A model generated the notes under the pieces. That model did no database searches. It saw only the letters and a list, made by a program, of their open reading frames with translations, and was not told where the DNA came from. The translations under genes were made by a program, and so were the position numbers. A DNA stretch of 64,000 nt, from contig CM106585.1 in assembly GCA_048013815.1 (NCBI GenBank), positions 6,696,001 to 6,760,000 of the forward strand, written 5' to 3'. Position 1 is the first letter of the stretch. Each line of letters starts with the position of its first letter. The stretch is from Setoptus koraiensis. Taxonomy: Eukaryota > Animalia > Arthropoda. Below, piece by piece: positions 1-13,168 of this stretch.

Positions 1-88
1 GCTAAATTATCATCATCATGATGATCCAATTTAGATTGGCTCGGCCGACTAAACCGTTTGCAGCGCCGCAATCAAGCCAACACACAGC

Positions 89-125
89 ACAGGTGAGCTG
101 GACACAGGTGAGCTTGGCACAGGTG
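89..125 (+). promoter_or_regulatory. Triple ACAGGTG E-box cluster (tandem ACAGGTGAGCT units)
   Basis: ACAGGTG occurs at 89, 104 and 119 with 15-bp spacing. CAGGTG is the established Snail/Scratch/ZEB and proneural bHLH E-box; function here is inferred. Confidence 0.4.
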
Positions 126-1738
126 AGCTGCTTGCGAGTGATATTGCGTGTGCTACGGCCATAATCAGCAGATTCGGCCCATTTCGACATTATTTGTTGT
201 TGTTATAGTTGGACACTGGGCTACAGCGCTGGCCAGTGTGGCTTGCATGAGTGATGCGGTTACGTAAGCGGCTTATTCGTTTAATAACGGTGCTGTCGTG
301 ACCTTTACTCTAACGTTGTGCCACAGCTATAACGTGGCTATAACTCATAGCACACCCAATATGGCGATTGTTTGTTTGTTTGTTTGTGTCCAGTGGTCCG
401 CTGGCTATTACACACAACATTGGACAAACTATCATATTTGTACAGTTGGTGTGCGTGTGTGTGTAACAAGTGCATAACGGCGATATAAATAGCAACGGTT
501 ACGTTGCCATTAAACACACACACACCCATGGAGCTTTGGCTGTTGCGCAACAGCACAGCTGACAGGTCGGCCAGGTCTAAGACAACTGTTACGTAAACGG
601 CAACTGTCACAGGTTGGCCAAATGACAGGTGAACTTTCTTCACCTGTTAGCGTCGGTTGCTATTGGTTACGACATAAGCATGAGCGACACAAGCACAAGT
701 GACACAAGCATAAGTGACATGAGCATTGTAAATGTTGCACCGATACCGACTGGCCGATAAACTGTGTCACCACAACCGTCGAACGCCCTGCCAGCTGATG
801 CCGACTATCAGCTGATGGCGACAATCAGCTGACGGCAACTGTCATCGGCGAGAGTCGGCGACCTGGCGGACGGTGAGGCAAGCGCACTTTTCACATTTGT
901 TACATTTCGACAGTTGGCTCACTTATTGTGTATCTCTTAAAATTTGAACAAATTCGTTCGTCGGTGCAGCCACTGGACTGCCAGTGACAGAACTGCCAGT
1001 GACTGGGTGACACTGCGCTGATTTATGAAGCGACCCGCGACAAACAAATGGCGACAAGTGTTTGTCAATGGCGCTCACCTGGCTAATTGCGCCGCTGTGT
1101 CAGCTTCTATTACAACGGTATTACGTAATGGAGCAGTGTTGATGTGTATATTTGCGTTGGCTGTTTGGCGCCAATTGCAACGGCGGTCGCCATGGTGACC
1201 CGGTTCATCACTAAGTGTTTTTCTTCTCTCTCTGTCGAGTCTCTTTTCGCTGCCATTGTCAAACTGTCATCTTGCCGCACTGTCCATATCTCACCGTCAT
1301 CGTACCGTCGCCTCATACTCTGTGAATTGCCTGTACAGTCGTTATGATATCACTCACTGGAGCGCCTACGCAACAGCACAATCTGGCCGCCCATGCTGCC
1401 GATGATCGCTAACACTACAATCGCATCTATCGTCAGGTCACTAGCAGATCCATCATTGCTGCTCACCTGTTGCACCGTTGAACGCTGCACCGTTGCACCG
1501 CTGCACCAGCGAGTGAGTCAACTTTCAACGGTCAAATGAGCGATGGCCGATGCTCGATAATGGTCGGTGATCAAGCGAAACTGCCTGCGACACCGGGATA
1601 CACTTGTTGAAAGCCGCTTGCCACTGACCGACACACACTGACAAGGCGAGCTACATGTAACGATTTCATTTAAGATGCAAATTTTATCGGGCGACATGTG
1701 ACGCTGGGCGGCCCTGCAAACTCGCTCGTTCAGCCCAG

Positions 1739-1809
1739 ATAATTTAGACCGAAATAATTTAGACCGAAATAATTCAGACCGAAATAATTTAGACCGAAAT
1801 AATTTAGAC
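1739..1809. repeat. 15-bp minisatellite (GAAATAATTTAGACC) x~4.7
   Basis: Tandem units visible directly, with one T>C variant. Confidence 0.9.
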
Positions 1810-4492
1810 TATTTGGCTGTGGCGCCAAGATGCCGCCGCGGACGCCGGTGGCCGTCCCGATGACTCTATCCAATAGAGTCTATTGCGGCCATTATTGAGC
1901 TGGCACTAGTTTAGGCTGGCCATTTGTTAGCCATTGGCAAGCGTGCTAATGGCGCTGTTCGAGTTAAAAGTGGACAAATATAAATATAATTTATATATAA
2001 ATATCTGGCCGCACACGAATCGAGATGGTCTGATATAATCAATTGCCGTTTGAGTTAATCGCCAACGACCACATGCGTGACATAATCACCCAGACTCCGC
2101 ATTCCAGCGAACGAGCTTGACACTGCTCGCCGGTCTCAAGTCGAGCCGCCAATTTCAATGCTTGCGTTCGCTCGCTCATTTAGGCTAACTGAAAATTTAA
2201 AATTCAGGCCAGAAATTGAGAGTATGCAATGGGCAGGCGAGCCTGAAAGTTTATTTTTCTAGGTTGCGCACTTGTTTATTCGATAACGATTCGACGGAAA
2301 AGTATTTGAGAAATGGGCGCGAGATACGACGACAAGTTTCACTGACAACTGATGTGATTGTTAGTGAAATTTGCATGAACGAACTCGAGTTCAAACAACA
2401 AAGAAATTCGTTTGTGTTTTGTAAAATCGACCCAATTACCGATTTTGCAATATTCGTACTTCAAACTTTGATCATCGAAATTGATCGAAGGGATATTTCT
2501 GTGAAAATCGCATCGAAATCTCAAATGAACATTGAGCCGATTATAACGTAAGAAGATGCGAAAGAAGACGGGCCGAAATCACGAATGACGCCACTTGCAA
2601 CTGGCACGCAAAGGAGAGGTCGCCGCAACAGAGGCGACACCCGCTACCTGTCATTGTTGGATATGCAGATCGGATATCTTGTCACTGGACAACTTCATTG
2701 ACCAGTCAGCTGATCATGATGTTGCGTTGGATGAAGCCGACAAATATTGTGTGTTACATAACAACATATTGCGACAGGTAAGACAATGTGACTACCTGTG
2801 ACTACTGCGCCATTGGACATTGCAGCTAACAGCTTGTAAGTAACGGTGCACAAATATAGATACATAATATGACGCAACTAGAGCATCCACAAGTGTTGCG
2901 CAATGGTTTGTGAGCGATTTGTGAGCCAAGATGACCCGTTAAACTGGGTATTAGTGTTGTGCGGCAGCCGCGTTTCAATCAGCTGACCGGCTGGCCGGTC
3001 GGTTTGCTGGTCAGCAGTGTGTTCGAAGTGTTCGAACAGGTGAGTGGTCGATTATTGCTCGAATGGCGATTTGTGTGAGTTGGTTGAATGGCGCAACAAA
3101 CAACAACATTGTGTGTGTTTGATCTGGGAGTGTCGTTGTGTTTGCGATTATGATTCGCCCATCAATTCCATCATATTCGAACCGGCCGAATTGGCATATT
3201 CAAACCGGCCGAATTGGCATATTCGAGCTGCGTTTAGGCGACGGCTGCGAGCGAGCAAACGGAAGAACGGCTAAAAGCATGAATGTGTTCGAGACATTGT
3301 CTCAAGTGTCGAAGCGCCGGCCAGTGAATCTAATTTCGACATGCACATTCATTGGCAGATAAATAATTCCAGATGCACGCCATTTGCCAACAACAGCAGC
3401 AACAACAACAGCGGCCATTCTCTCGCGATTGGCAGTTGGCAACTTGCGGCTGCCAACTCACAACTGGCCGGCCGGCCGGCCGGCCGATAATTACGTAACG
3501 ACTCTATTTTGAGCTCGCAGGCGCTTGTTTCAATGTTGCAGCTTGTTGTTTTGTGTGAGTGGCCGAAGCCGGCGAGATATCATGACGATTTGCAAATGGT
3601 CAATTTTGAACGGTGGCCATTTTCGAGCGGCGCGCCGCACCGTGTCCATTGTCGTTAACGAGCGCTCGTTTGCCACTGAATATCGCCAGTGATTCATTTC
3701 TGTTCGGTGTCTCTCATTCTCGAACTCTCATTCGCAGCCTCTCGAGCGCTCGAATTCGCCGATTCGCAGACCACGCTGCCAGTTGCCGACCGGCGGACAG
3801 CGACGAACGAGCGAACGGCAACGAACGAGCGAACGGCAACGAACGCAACACAGTCGCAATCAATAGATTAGTGGAAATGAAGGAAATCAGAGCCGAATTG
3901 TTTCAGCTCTCGCTGATGTGAGTGCGAAATGTTTGCCCAGCGACCGGCCAGTTTAACTCGGGGCTGTTTGGCACAGTGGCAAACGTTGCGAGCGAGCGCA
4001 AGCGAGTTGCGGCTCGCCGTCGAGCCGTCAGCTTGCCGAGCTTCGAACGAGCGAGCTTCGAATGAGCGAGCTTCGAACGAGCGAGCGTCGAACTTCAGGG
4101 CGCCAAGTTTGGGTTCGAATCGCCGATTCGACGAATGCGAGCTCGGCGCTGCAACTCGTCGAATGTTCGCTGGTTTGTTCGGAGCGGCTCAGTTTACCCG
4201 CTGGCCGCTTCGAGCCGAACAGAAACTAATCTGTTCGGCTGTTCTGAATGAATGGCGATATTCAGTGCCTCTTTTGCGCACTGTTCAGCATGAGGCGGCA
4301 TGAGCGTGCACAATGAGCGCCGGTGTCGCCACGATGGACGCCGGCAACAGTGACAAGAGACGAGGATGATCCATCGGGCCATCATGCGCAGAAGTGATTC
4401 AGTTCGGAGCCGATTCGCCCTACCCTGTCCATCATGCTTGCGAAGTCCTTTCGCGAGGCCTGTTCGAGACTCGAAATCAGAAATTTGAAATT

Positions 4493-4493
<1 letters not shown>

Positions 4494-4527
<34 letters not shown>
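4494..4527. repeat. (GA)n microsatellite
   Basis: About 17 GA units. Confidence 0.95.
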
Positions 4528-4529
<2 letters not shown>

Positions 4530-5115
4530 CGAAACTCGGCGTCCCGGCTCGCAATTGTAAATTCGCAGTTCGAAATCTGAAATGCTGAGTTCGGAGTCGA
4601 AATGCGGAGTTCGAAATGCGCATCGAGCTTTCGCTGGCGAGCTTCAAATCTGGAAGCGACCGCTCGAGCAGTGGGAATCGCTCGCTTCTCGTAAATGGCG
4701 GCTGTGATTGCAACGATGATGCAAATTAGGATGCCAGCGAGACTGGCATGTCACGCGCTTATTCTAACCGTAATGCACAATGCAACGAGCGGCTCACAAT
4801 GGCCTCGGCAGATTCGAAGCCATTCAAATTGACAGTGCTCGCACACTACCGTCATACTGCTGCCAGTGTGTTCGGGCGGATATTTTATTTCAGGCCCGAG
4901 TTGCTTGACAATTGTCGCACTCGGCAGCCATTTATCGTCGCTAATTCGACTTGCGCTCGACACAGAAGCAGGCGAGAGTGATTCGGCCGCCGTCGAGCTA
5001 AATCACAGCCTTGGCTTGCCATTGTCATGTGTGTGTGTGTCGCTCAAACAATTCAACAAGCCAGAGGGGCTTTACCTGTATTTTGCGGTTGCGTCATCGC
5101 TTGTTTGTGTGCGCT

Positions 5116-5150
<35 letters not shown>
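5116..5150. repeat. (GTC)n microsatellite
   Basis: About 11-12 perfect GTC/CGT units. Confidence 0.95.
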
Positions 5151-7607
5151 TGGCCAGATAATTGTGTGTGGAGATGATCGCCTGTTGACACGGTGCGGCC
5201 GATCGTGCCGTCTCACCGTGCGAACGGCGGGCCTGCCGTTCGCAGCCGCTTCGCACTTGCGACCGGCCGGCCAAGTTCGAGCCACTTCGAGCCACTTCGA
5301 CGAGCCGACAGAAGCGGGCGCCAGAAAGAAGCGACAGGCCGAAGAAGCGGGCGGCGGAGAGAAGCGACGGGCCGAAGAAGCGACCGGCCAGAGAAGCGAG
5401 ACGCCGAAGAAGCGACGCAAGCGAGAATAAGCGGCCCAATAAAGTGTAATGGCCGGCGCAGACAAGCCAATTAATGGGCGATGATTTCTGTTAGCGCTAC
5501 TTTTTCATCACTTCGCTTGCCTTGCCGCAACTGGCCGCGAAGCGAGCCACCGAAAGTCGACCAGCGCTTTTTTCGGCCGCTCGACGGGCAGCCAATATGG
5601 CAGCGAGCGAGCGATAAAAAAGCACGAATCGCATCGCAAAGCTCCACAAGCGGAGCTCAGCAGCAGCCGGCGAGCTCGGCGAAGAAGTTGCCCGAAAGTC
5701 GGAGCGTTCGACACGACATTGGCGCCTACTTGCGGCACGCCACAGTTGCACTGTATTTGTGACGCCAACGATGCTGTCTGCACACATTTATTCATGCAGC
5801 CGAAGCCAGGATCGAATCCGGATACAACGGATATTCGGCCGGCGGTTATTCGGGCAGACGGTTGCGCCCGTTCGGCCGCCACTGGACACACCTGGGCCGC
5901 ATTCGGGCCGCATTCGGGCCGGCGATATCCGAATTGGCTGATCGCTGCTGACGATAGCTCCGTGCGATAGGATATGTTGTCAACTATCAAGCTGTCGTAT
6001 CGAGCATTGGCAGCGGCCAGCGCACCCAAACGGATGATCTCGGCAAACAAATAAGCAGCAATAATGAATTGAGATGGCTGCACCATCTCAATTTACTGCC
6101 ATTGTTATTTATAATTGCGCAACGTTTCGGCTGCAGCGCCAGCTCGCTGGCCGGAAGGGGCAGCAAGGCCCGAGCAGGGACTCGCAATTGGATCGGAAAT
6201 TTATGCGATCTAGCGACTTGCATCCCCTGTGAGGCGGCTGCCAGTGTAGCTTGCCAGTTGTGCAGCGCCGGCCACAGAGCAGAATGGATTCGCTGAGCTA
6301 GGCAAACGCACAGGTAGCTGACGAGGATATGAATGTATGGATTTATATAAAAGTGAGCGCAACTTGTGCGGTGCAAGTGAAGGCATAACTCATATCGAAA
6401 CTCAATTTGCAAACATTTATACAATTAACAATGGCAACTGCAGCGACTCACAATAAGCCGCGAATCGCCTGTTCGTTCTCGAATTTATGCCATTTATAAT
6501 CTGGCTGCTGCTTTGAATGAATATATGAGCGCCGTTATGTTATTCGGGCAACAATGCACAATAGTGATAATAGTCGCAGCTCGCCCGAACCACAGACCAT
6601 GAGCGCAGTTTCAGTGGATTCGAGTGACCGTTATCTTATCTCGTCGCTGTCATCGGTGGCTTATCTGGCGCCCGCTCCACCGAGTCTCGCACTGTCGAGC
6701 CTCGCACTGTCGGGTCTCGCACCCTCGTCGGGCCGAAGCCGGCCAATGCGCCCGATAGCGCCACTTGTTGAGTGCAGTTCAGTCTGACAGCGCGAGCCAA
6801 TCATTTATCATGTATAATTATATTTATCAGCACGATGACGTTGCGTGAGTGTGTGCGTGTGTGTGTGTGATTGTTGGCAATTTGCAAATGGTAGCCAGTG
6901 CCGGTCAATTACCGCTTGCGGTAGCACCACAAGCGCTAACAACAAGTTGCAATTTTTGCACTGTGTATACACTGGCGCTCGCCCATTTGTTGGCTGATTG
7001 TTTTCGATTGGCGCGCTTGTCAGCGTTTGTCAGTGTTTGTCCGTGTGTCTCGCCTTGGCCGGCCACCGATTTGCCAGTTTCGAAAGAATTTCGAGCGCTC
7101 GGCCGGCCCCACGGCTTGCACAGACCCGAATTGGCCAGGTCCGACGGAGCCGGATCGCGCGAAGTTTGTCCAATGGCAAAGTTTGTCGATACAAGCTGCT
7201 GGGGCGCCCCGCCAAATGCCAGCCAAATGTCAGGCGAATGGCGGCAATGCGTGGGTGTCACAATGAATATTGATAGTCTCGTTCGGATATTGACAGGCGT
7301 TACAAATGATCTGGATCTTGCGCTCGGCGCTGTGTGTTTATGAATAGTACACACTGTGTACATGAATAGTATGAATAGCATAACTAGCGTGACTGGCATG
7401 ACTACTGGCGTAACGGCACACAACGGCAGCCAGTTACACAGCCAGTTACACAGGTAACTGGGGGACAGGTAAGCGAGCGGTTGTTTGTTCAGGAACAAGC
7501 AACCGCTCGACAATTGCGACCATCGTGGTCGCAATTGATCTTTGTCAATTACTTGCCAATGAATAATGAACAGACGAACGTTCACTCATTGTGTGTCATT
7601 GATGAAC

Positions 7608-7718
7608 AACAACAACAACGGCAGCAACAACAACGACAGCAACAACAACGACAGCAACAACAGCGACAGCAACAGCAACGACAGCAACAACAACGACAGC
7701 AACAACAACAGCAGCAAC
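7608..7718. repeat. CAA/CAG/CGA trinucleotide array with 15-bp higher-order unit
   Basis: CAACAACAACGACAG-type unit repeated about 6 times. Confidence 0.9.
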
Positions 7719-8014
7719 AGCCTTGCAGCCACAACAAATGCGCGCTGTTGGCTAGACATTGGCACAATGCTACGGTGTTGTTAGCTACGCCTGATTATGC
7801 AAAGGTGAACAGGTGATTGGGGAGAAGCGCCGATGATTTGTTTGTGTGTGTTGTTGTCGCTGTTGTCAAATGTTGTTCCATTCAGTCGTTTCAGTCATGT
7901 GTTCATTCAATCACGGCAGCAGCGCAACGAGATGAATCACGAATGACAAACAACTCGCTCTGTCTGTCCCGGTTGCTCTCTCGCAAACTCTCCGTCAGCG
8001 GGCGATTTGCGAAG

Positions 8015-8100
8015 CCAACAACAACAGCAGCAACAACAACGACGACAACAGCAACAACAACGACGACAACAGCAACAACGACAGCAACCGCAACAACAAA
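8015..8100. repeat. (CAA/CAG/CGA)n array
   Basis: Directly visible. Confidence 0.9.
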
Positions 8101-8754
8101 GTAGCCGGCCAATGAGCAACATCCGCCCGTTGCGCAACAGCCGGTCAGGTTGTCGTTGCTCGAACAGACGGAGCATCAATTGATGCCGAGCGACTTGTTT
8201 GGTTAGAGCGACGACAACAACAACGATTATGACGACCGTAATGATGAAGAAAAATGAGCGACCAACAACAATGGTCGCCATACGGTAAAGATTGCCCACT
8301 AACGAACAACAGGTGTCTACAGCTCGAGCCAATCGCTTCTTTCTCTCCACTCGCTCTATTCTAAACAGGCCAATTCTTGGTGTTCGTTCGTTCGCAACGC
8401 CAACACAAACACACACACACACACACACACGCTAATGACGACAACAATGACAACAGCCCAGAGCCATGAAAAGAACCGCTCGAATCGAGCGAACGGCCTT
8501 TGAATGATTTCTGAATGAATTTTGACTGATCGTCTCATGATATTTGAACGCCGATTTCCTTGCACAGTGTGGCGGCATGAGCGCCCCCGAGCGCCTGTGT
8601 TTCGCGCTCCTTTTGCGACTCTTGCCTTTTCTAAAGTTTGTCCGGTCCGTTGAATACGACAAAAGTCGCAAGTTTTCTTGTCGCTCGCGTCGCGCACTGC
8701 CCGCCCCTCAACTAGCGTCCGACAATGCGCCATTTTCGGGCAAAGAGCTGCATT

Positions 8755-8880
8755 TCGAAATTTCTGAAATTTCGAAAATCTCGAAAATCTCGAAAATCTC
8801 GACAAACGCGAAAATCTCGCAAAAAGCGAAAATCGCGAAAATCTCGGGAATTTCGGGAATTTCGCGGTGCATTTCGAGCG
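8755..8880. repeat. Degenerate ~10-bp tandem array (TCGAAAATCT / CGGGAATTT)
   Basis: Tandem units such as tttcgaaaatctcgaaaatctcgaaaatctcga. Confidence 0.8.
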
Positions 8881-11688
8881 AAATTCTCTGAACGGATTTT
8901 CACTCGCAGATGCCTCCGCTTGAGGCCACTACCTGTGCAATGCCTCCGCAAACGAGGAAACTCCGACGAGAAAAGCCCAATGTCAACAGAGGCTCTTCCG
9001 GCCGATAAGTGATCGGTGTGCCAGACCATTGTTGTGTCCGTCGTCATTGTGTGTTTCTGTCAGCACGACAGAAACGAGTTTGCGACACTCGAGCTCATGT
9101 CGCCGCTGCTTCGGCCTCATATTTGAAAAGCGATAGTCCGATCGTTTGGCGGTGCACCGGTCAAGCGATGTAACGGTGCACTGGTCAAGCGATGCAATGG
9201 TGCAGCGGTGCTGTGGTCAAGAGCAGCCAGACCGTTACACGCGAGCGCACTTGTTCCGTGCTCCACTGGACAGGTGCACTGGTGGCTGAAACGTCAATCA
9301 TTGCCGTTGCGCAATTTAATTCAATAATAGCAGATCTGATCCGATCCGGCACAAATTGACCGCTTCACGCGTGGGCGGGATCACTGTGTGTCATTGCTGT
9401 ATACGATACACAGGGACATGCAGCGATATGTAGGGCATTCCGACGCTGCAGCTCGGGTAATCATTGGGCCGGAATTGGGTGTGAAGGGTGTGACGGCTTC
9501 GGCGGGTCGACGGACGCGCCAGTGGACAATCAATTGTTGGCTGTTGCCGGCTGCCCGACGATTTCGGATTCATCGGATCTCGGATTCATGGGATCTCGGA
9601 TTCATGGGATCTCGGATTCGTCGCCCGATGGAGATCAGCCCGAAATTGCCGAATGAATTGTGTCTCAATCAAGTCGGCGCATTGACTCTCGGCCGCCCGG
9701 CATGACAATCTCAGTGAGAGCCAGCCAGAGAAAATAAATCTCGTCTGCGTGAATGCGAGCGCGATTCGCGACGACCACGACGACGACGCTAGCTGGCGAG
9801 CATGATTCGATGATTGATCATGAAAGGAGAGACAGATGAAGCGAGCGAGCGAACAAAACTCAATTATTTATTTTATTTCTCTGTTATTTCCAAACAAAAA
9901 TAAGCGACAGGTGAACTGGCGAGCTGGGCGCATTCTTCTGGGTTTAGACTGGCCAGCTTTTCAGTGTGTATGCAGCTATAGTTTATAAAGTGCTGGCCAG
10001 ATAGAACAGTGAGCAGTCGCACACAATTACATTACTGGCAACAAGTGGCTCGACCATTTTGCTCGACTAATAATCGAAATAATGTGAAAGAATGTGATTT
10101 TAACAACAAGCCAGCGACAACAGCAACCGCTGATAGACAACAGCTAGCGGTTGCCGTTCTGTCATTTTCAAAAACGCTGTCATGCCAAATCAAATTGATT
10201 TGATTTGATTTGAGTGAAAAGAGGGGAGAGGGGAGATTGCAAATTATCAAGCTATCAAGCGAGCGGAGAGGAGTCAAAGAAGCGTTCGCAGTTCAATTGG
10301 AATGCGCACTGTGTACAGACAAACTTTAACTCGTCTGGGATAAGTACAAACGACTGTGTGTGTGTGTGAGATGCAGATAAAAATAGTATGTTTAGCCTGT
10401 GGCAATTTGTTTGATTCAATTCAGTTTGATTATTTTTGTCGTTTGGGCCGCTGCGAAGCTGCAGCAGCCGTCGAAGTTCGGCCGGCCATCGAAGCTCGGG
10501 CGGCCGTCGAAGCTCGGGCGGCCGTCGAAGTTCGAGCGGCAGCCACAAGCAACAAGTGTCAGTGGAAAAAGAAACGATTGGTCACTCGGTGTGCGCTCAC
10601 ATTCAGCTGGCCGGCCGGCTGTTCCAAAATAAATGGCAATAAATAATAAGGCGGCGATAGTGGCTCCATTCACACAAGAGGTTTGCGGTTTGATTGATGC
10701 CAGCGCTTCGACGGCGCTGGCCAACCGACGCCAGCAGCCTGTCGATTCGGGCGATGTTCGCAGAGCCTGGCTCTCATATCTCACCTGTTTGCAATATCTC
10801 ATTCTCGGCCGTCGTTGGCCACTCTCGCGGCGCAGTTTGCGAACATTCGAAGCTCGCACGGCGAATTGTATCGGCCGTTCGAACGATCGCTCCGAAGTTC
10901 AAAGGGCTCGAATCGAAGTTTGAAGGGCTCGAATCGGCGAATTCGCACACGGAGCCGACCGAACGTCGGGCCGGCCGAGCGGGCCGAGTGAGACGAACTC
11001 GAAAGGAAAGCGAAATTCGACAAGACACTGCAGTTCAGTTGCTGGCCGGCGCCATGATATGAAATGATAATGAGCGATTAGAAGAGCGACCAGAGATGAG
11101 CCAACTGGGACAGGTGAGAAAGACAATGCCCGCTTGTGCCGCTTGGCGAGCCGACCGCATTGTCTTGGCGACGACACACTGTTTTAATAATACTGTTGTA
11201 ATAACTGCCCTTGAACCAATTAAGCGATTGCGTCACGCTGGTCACTCTCGCTGACTGGCTGGCTGGCTGGCTCAAATGTTGTCAAGATTGTTTCGCATTA
11301 TTCACCGTTGGCCGTCGATACAGGTGAATCTAATTTTGCATGTTAATACAATATCAATTGCGTGTCGTTGTCAAGCCAGATATTACAAGTGTCGCTGTTG
11401 TCGCATGCAAAGGTCGCATTTGGCCGCTCGCTTCATATCACTTTCACCTGTGGGTCACGCTGCGTCAAAACAAGTCTCGCAAACAAAGAACTTGTATCAA
11501 TTGCTGCCCAATAGCGTGCTTATCACATTTGACATATTTGACATAGTCGCCATAGTGGCCGTCTGGTGGTCAGCGTCGGCGTCAGTATCAGCGGTGTATC
11601 ATCATTGACCATTTGTCATCGACGAACGCTGTCAATGAATTGTCGCCAGTCACTGCTGGCCAGACAAGAGGTGACGGTCGCTCGGTTC

Positions 11689-11733
11689 GTTTATCCGCTT
11701 CGAACGCCGAATCGGCGTTCGAAGCGGATAAAC
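11689..11733. repeat. Near-perfect 45-bp palindrome (22-bp arms, 1-nt loop)
   Basis: GTTTATCCGCTTCGAACGCCGA-A-TCGGCGTTCGAAGCGGATAAAC; the arms are exact reverse complements. Confidence 0.9.
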
Positions 11734-12227
11734 AAAAGCCCGCGAAAAAAGAGCGATTGTTCGGCGGAGCAGCCTGCAAGCTAAATACAAAGTATGTGTA
11801 TCGTTTGCAGTGAATGGTTGCGCAGTGGGCAGTGGATATTTCGTGTCATGCCATATCTGTTGCGAGTGCGAATTCCATTGTTCCAAGCGAATTCCGGCAT
11901 GCGTTGCCGGTGATATATTTCGCCGGTTGTGCGCGTTATGTAATACGCAACACAACATGCCCAGCCAGGCTGGCAATCAGCAATGACAAAAGCAACAACG
12001 ACAGCGGCAACAACAACAGCAACAAGGGCCGGCAAAGTGACCTGTTGCGCTCAAGCGATAACCCACTGATAGTGGGCCCGATCTTTTGAACCGAGCGGCT
12101 CGATGTAGCGGCCCGAAACAGCGCCGAGCAAACAATCTGCATGCCAGGGTTTATAGCAAACAACAAAATTAAACAATGCAGGCCGATGTTAATCAGATCA
12201 GGCCGACCAGTCAGCTGGGAATGGCGG

Positions 12228-12237
12228 CAACAACAAC

Positions 12238-12271
<34 letters not shown>

Positions 12272-12276
12272 ACAGC

Positions 12277-12310
<34 letters not shown>

Positions 12311-12397
12311 ACAGCAACAACAACAGCAACAACAACAACAACAACGACAACAGCAACAACAACAGAGACAACAACAACAACAGCAACAACAACAGAG
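12228..12397. repeat. (CAA)n-dominated array with CAG/CGA variants
   Basis: About 55 trinucleotide units. Confidence 0.95.
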
Positions 12398-13094
12398 ACA
12401 GTAAAATTTTATCTCCAGTTTATTTTATGCCGCTATGTGGATAAAACAAACTCGCTGCAATTCGGCTGTTCGGCCACACTGTATTGCAATCTGACAATTG
12501 TGAGTCCGGCGGTGCGTCATGTCCAATTAAACGGCCGGTAATTCATGGCTGGCTCATTCTTAATTATCAATGTCCCGTAGCATGGATATTTTCAACTAGC
12601 GCTAACTCAATTAGGCCAAATAGATAAGCTACCAAAAACAGTGATCGCAACAACAGCGCCAGCCTACACACATCGGCGTGGACATGGCGAAGAACTGAAC
12701 TCTCTCTCTCTATCTCAATAATGCCAAATAATGCTAAACATTCTCTGTCGGTTGCCGTTTTCACGTTTGGTGCTGGCCAACTCAAAACGGAAGTTACGTC
12801 ATGCGGAACTCGATAAACGTGGCTGGTGGTCTCTCGCTCTCTCTCTCTCTCTCGTTCGCAGGTTGTTGCCAGTTGTAGTAGACACTTGTTGGCAGAGTCA
12901 ATGATGACGGCGATGATGATGACGACGACGATGATCATCATGGTGGCGTTGGTGTCGATGTAAATTACTCAAGTTGTTGTTAAGTTGTCAGTTGAGTGTG
13001 ATAGAGTTGGCCAGATAAGACTCTTCAGCTGGCAGTCGTCTCGCCATGAACCGTTATGCCTAATGGGATAATAAACAGCGCTGGTGGCCGCCGC

Positions 13095-13168
13095 TATTCA
13101 GCAGCAACACCGACAACAACGACAACAACAACGACAGCAACAACAACGACAACAACGACAACAACGGC
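13095..13168. repeat. (CAA/CGA)n array
   Basis: Directly visible. Confidence 0.9.

Noticed and set aside
4105-4130. GGTTCGAATC resembling a tRNA T-arm/B-box (similar GGTTCGAG on the minus strand near 61875)
   Set aside because: No acceptor stem, D-arm or anticodon arm could be folded.
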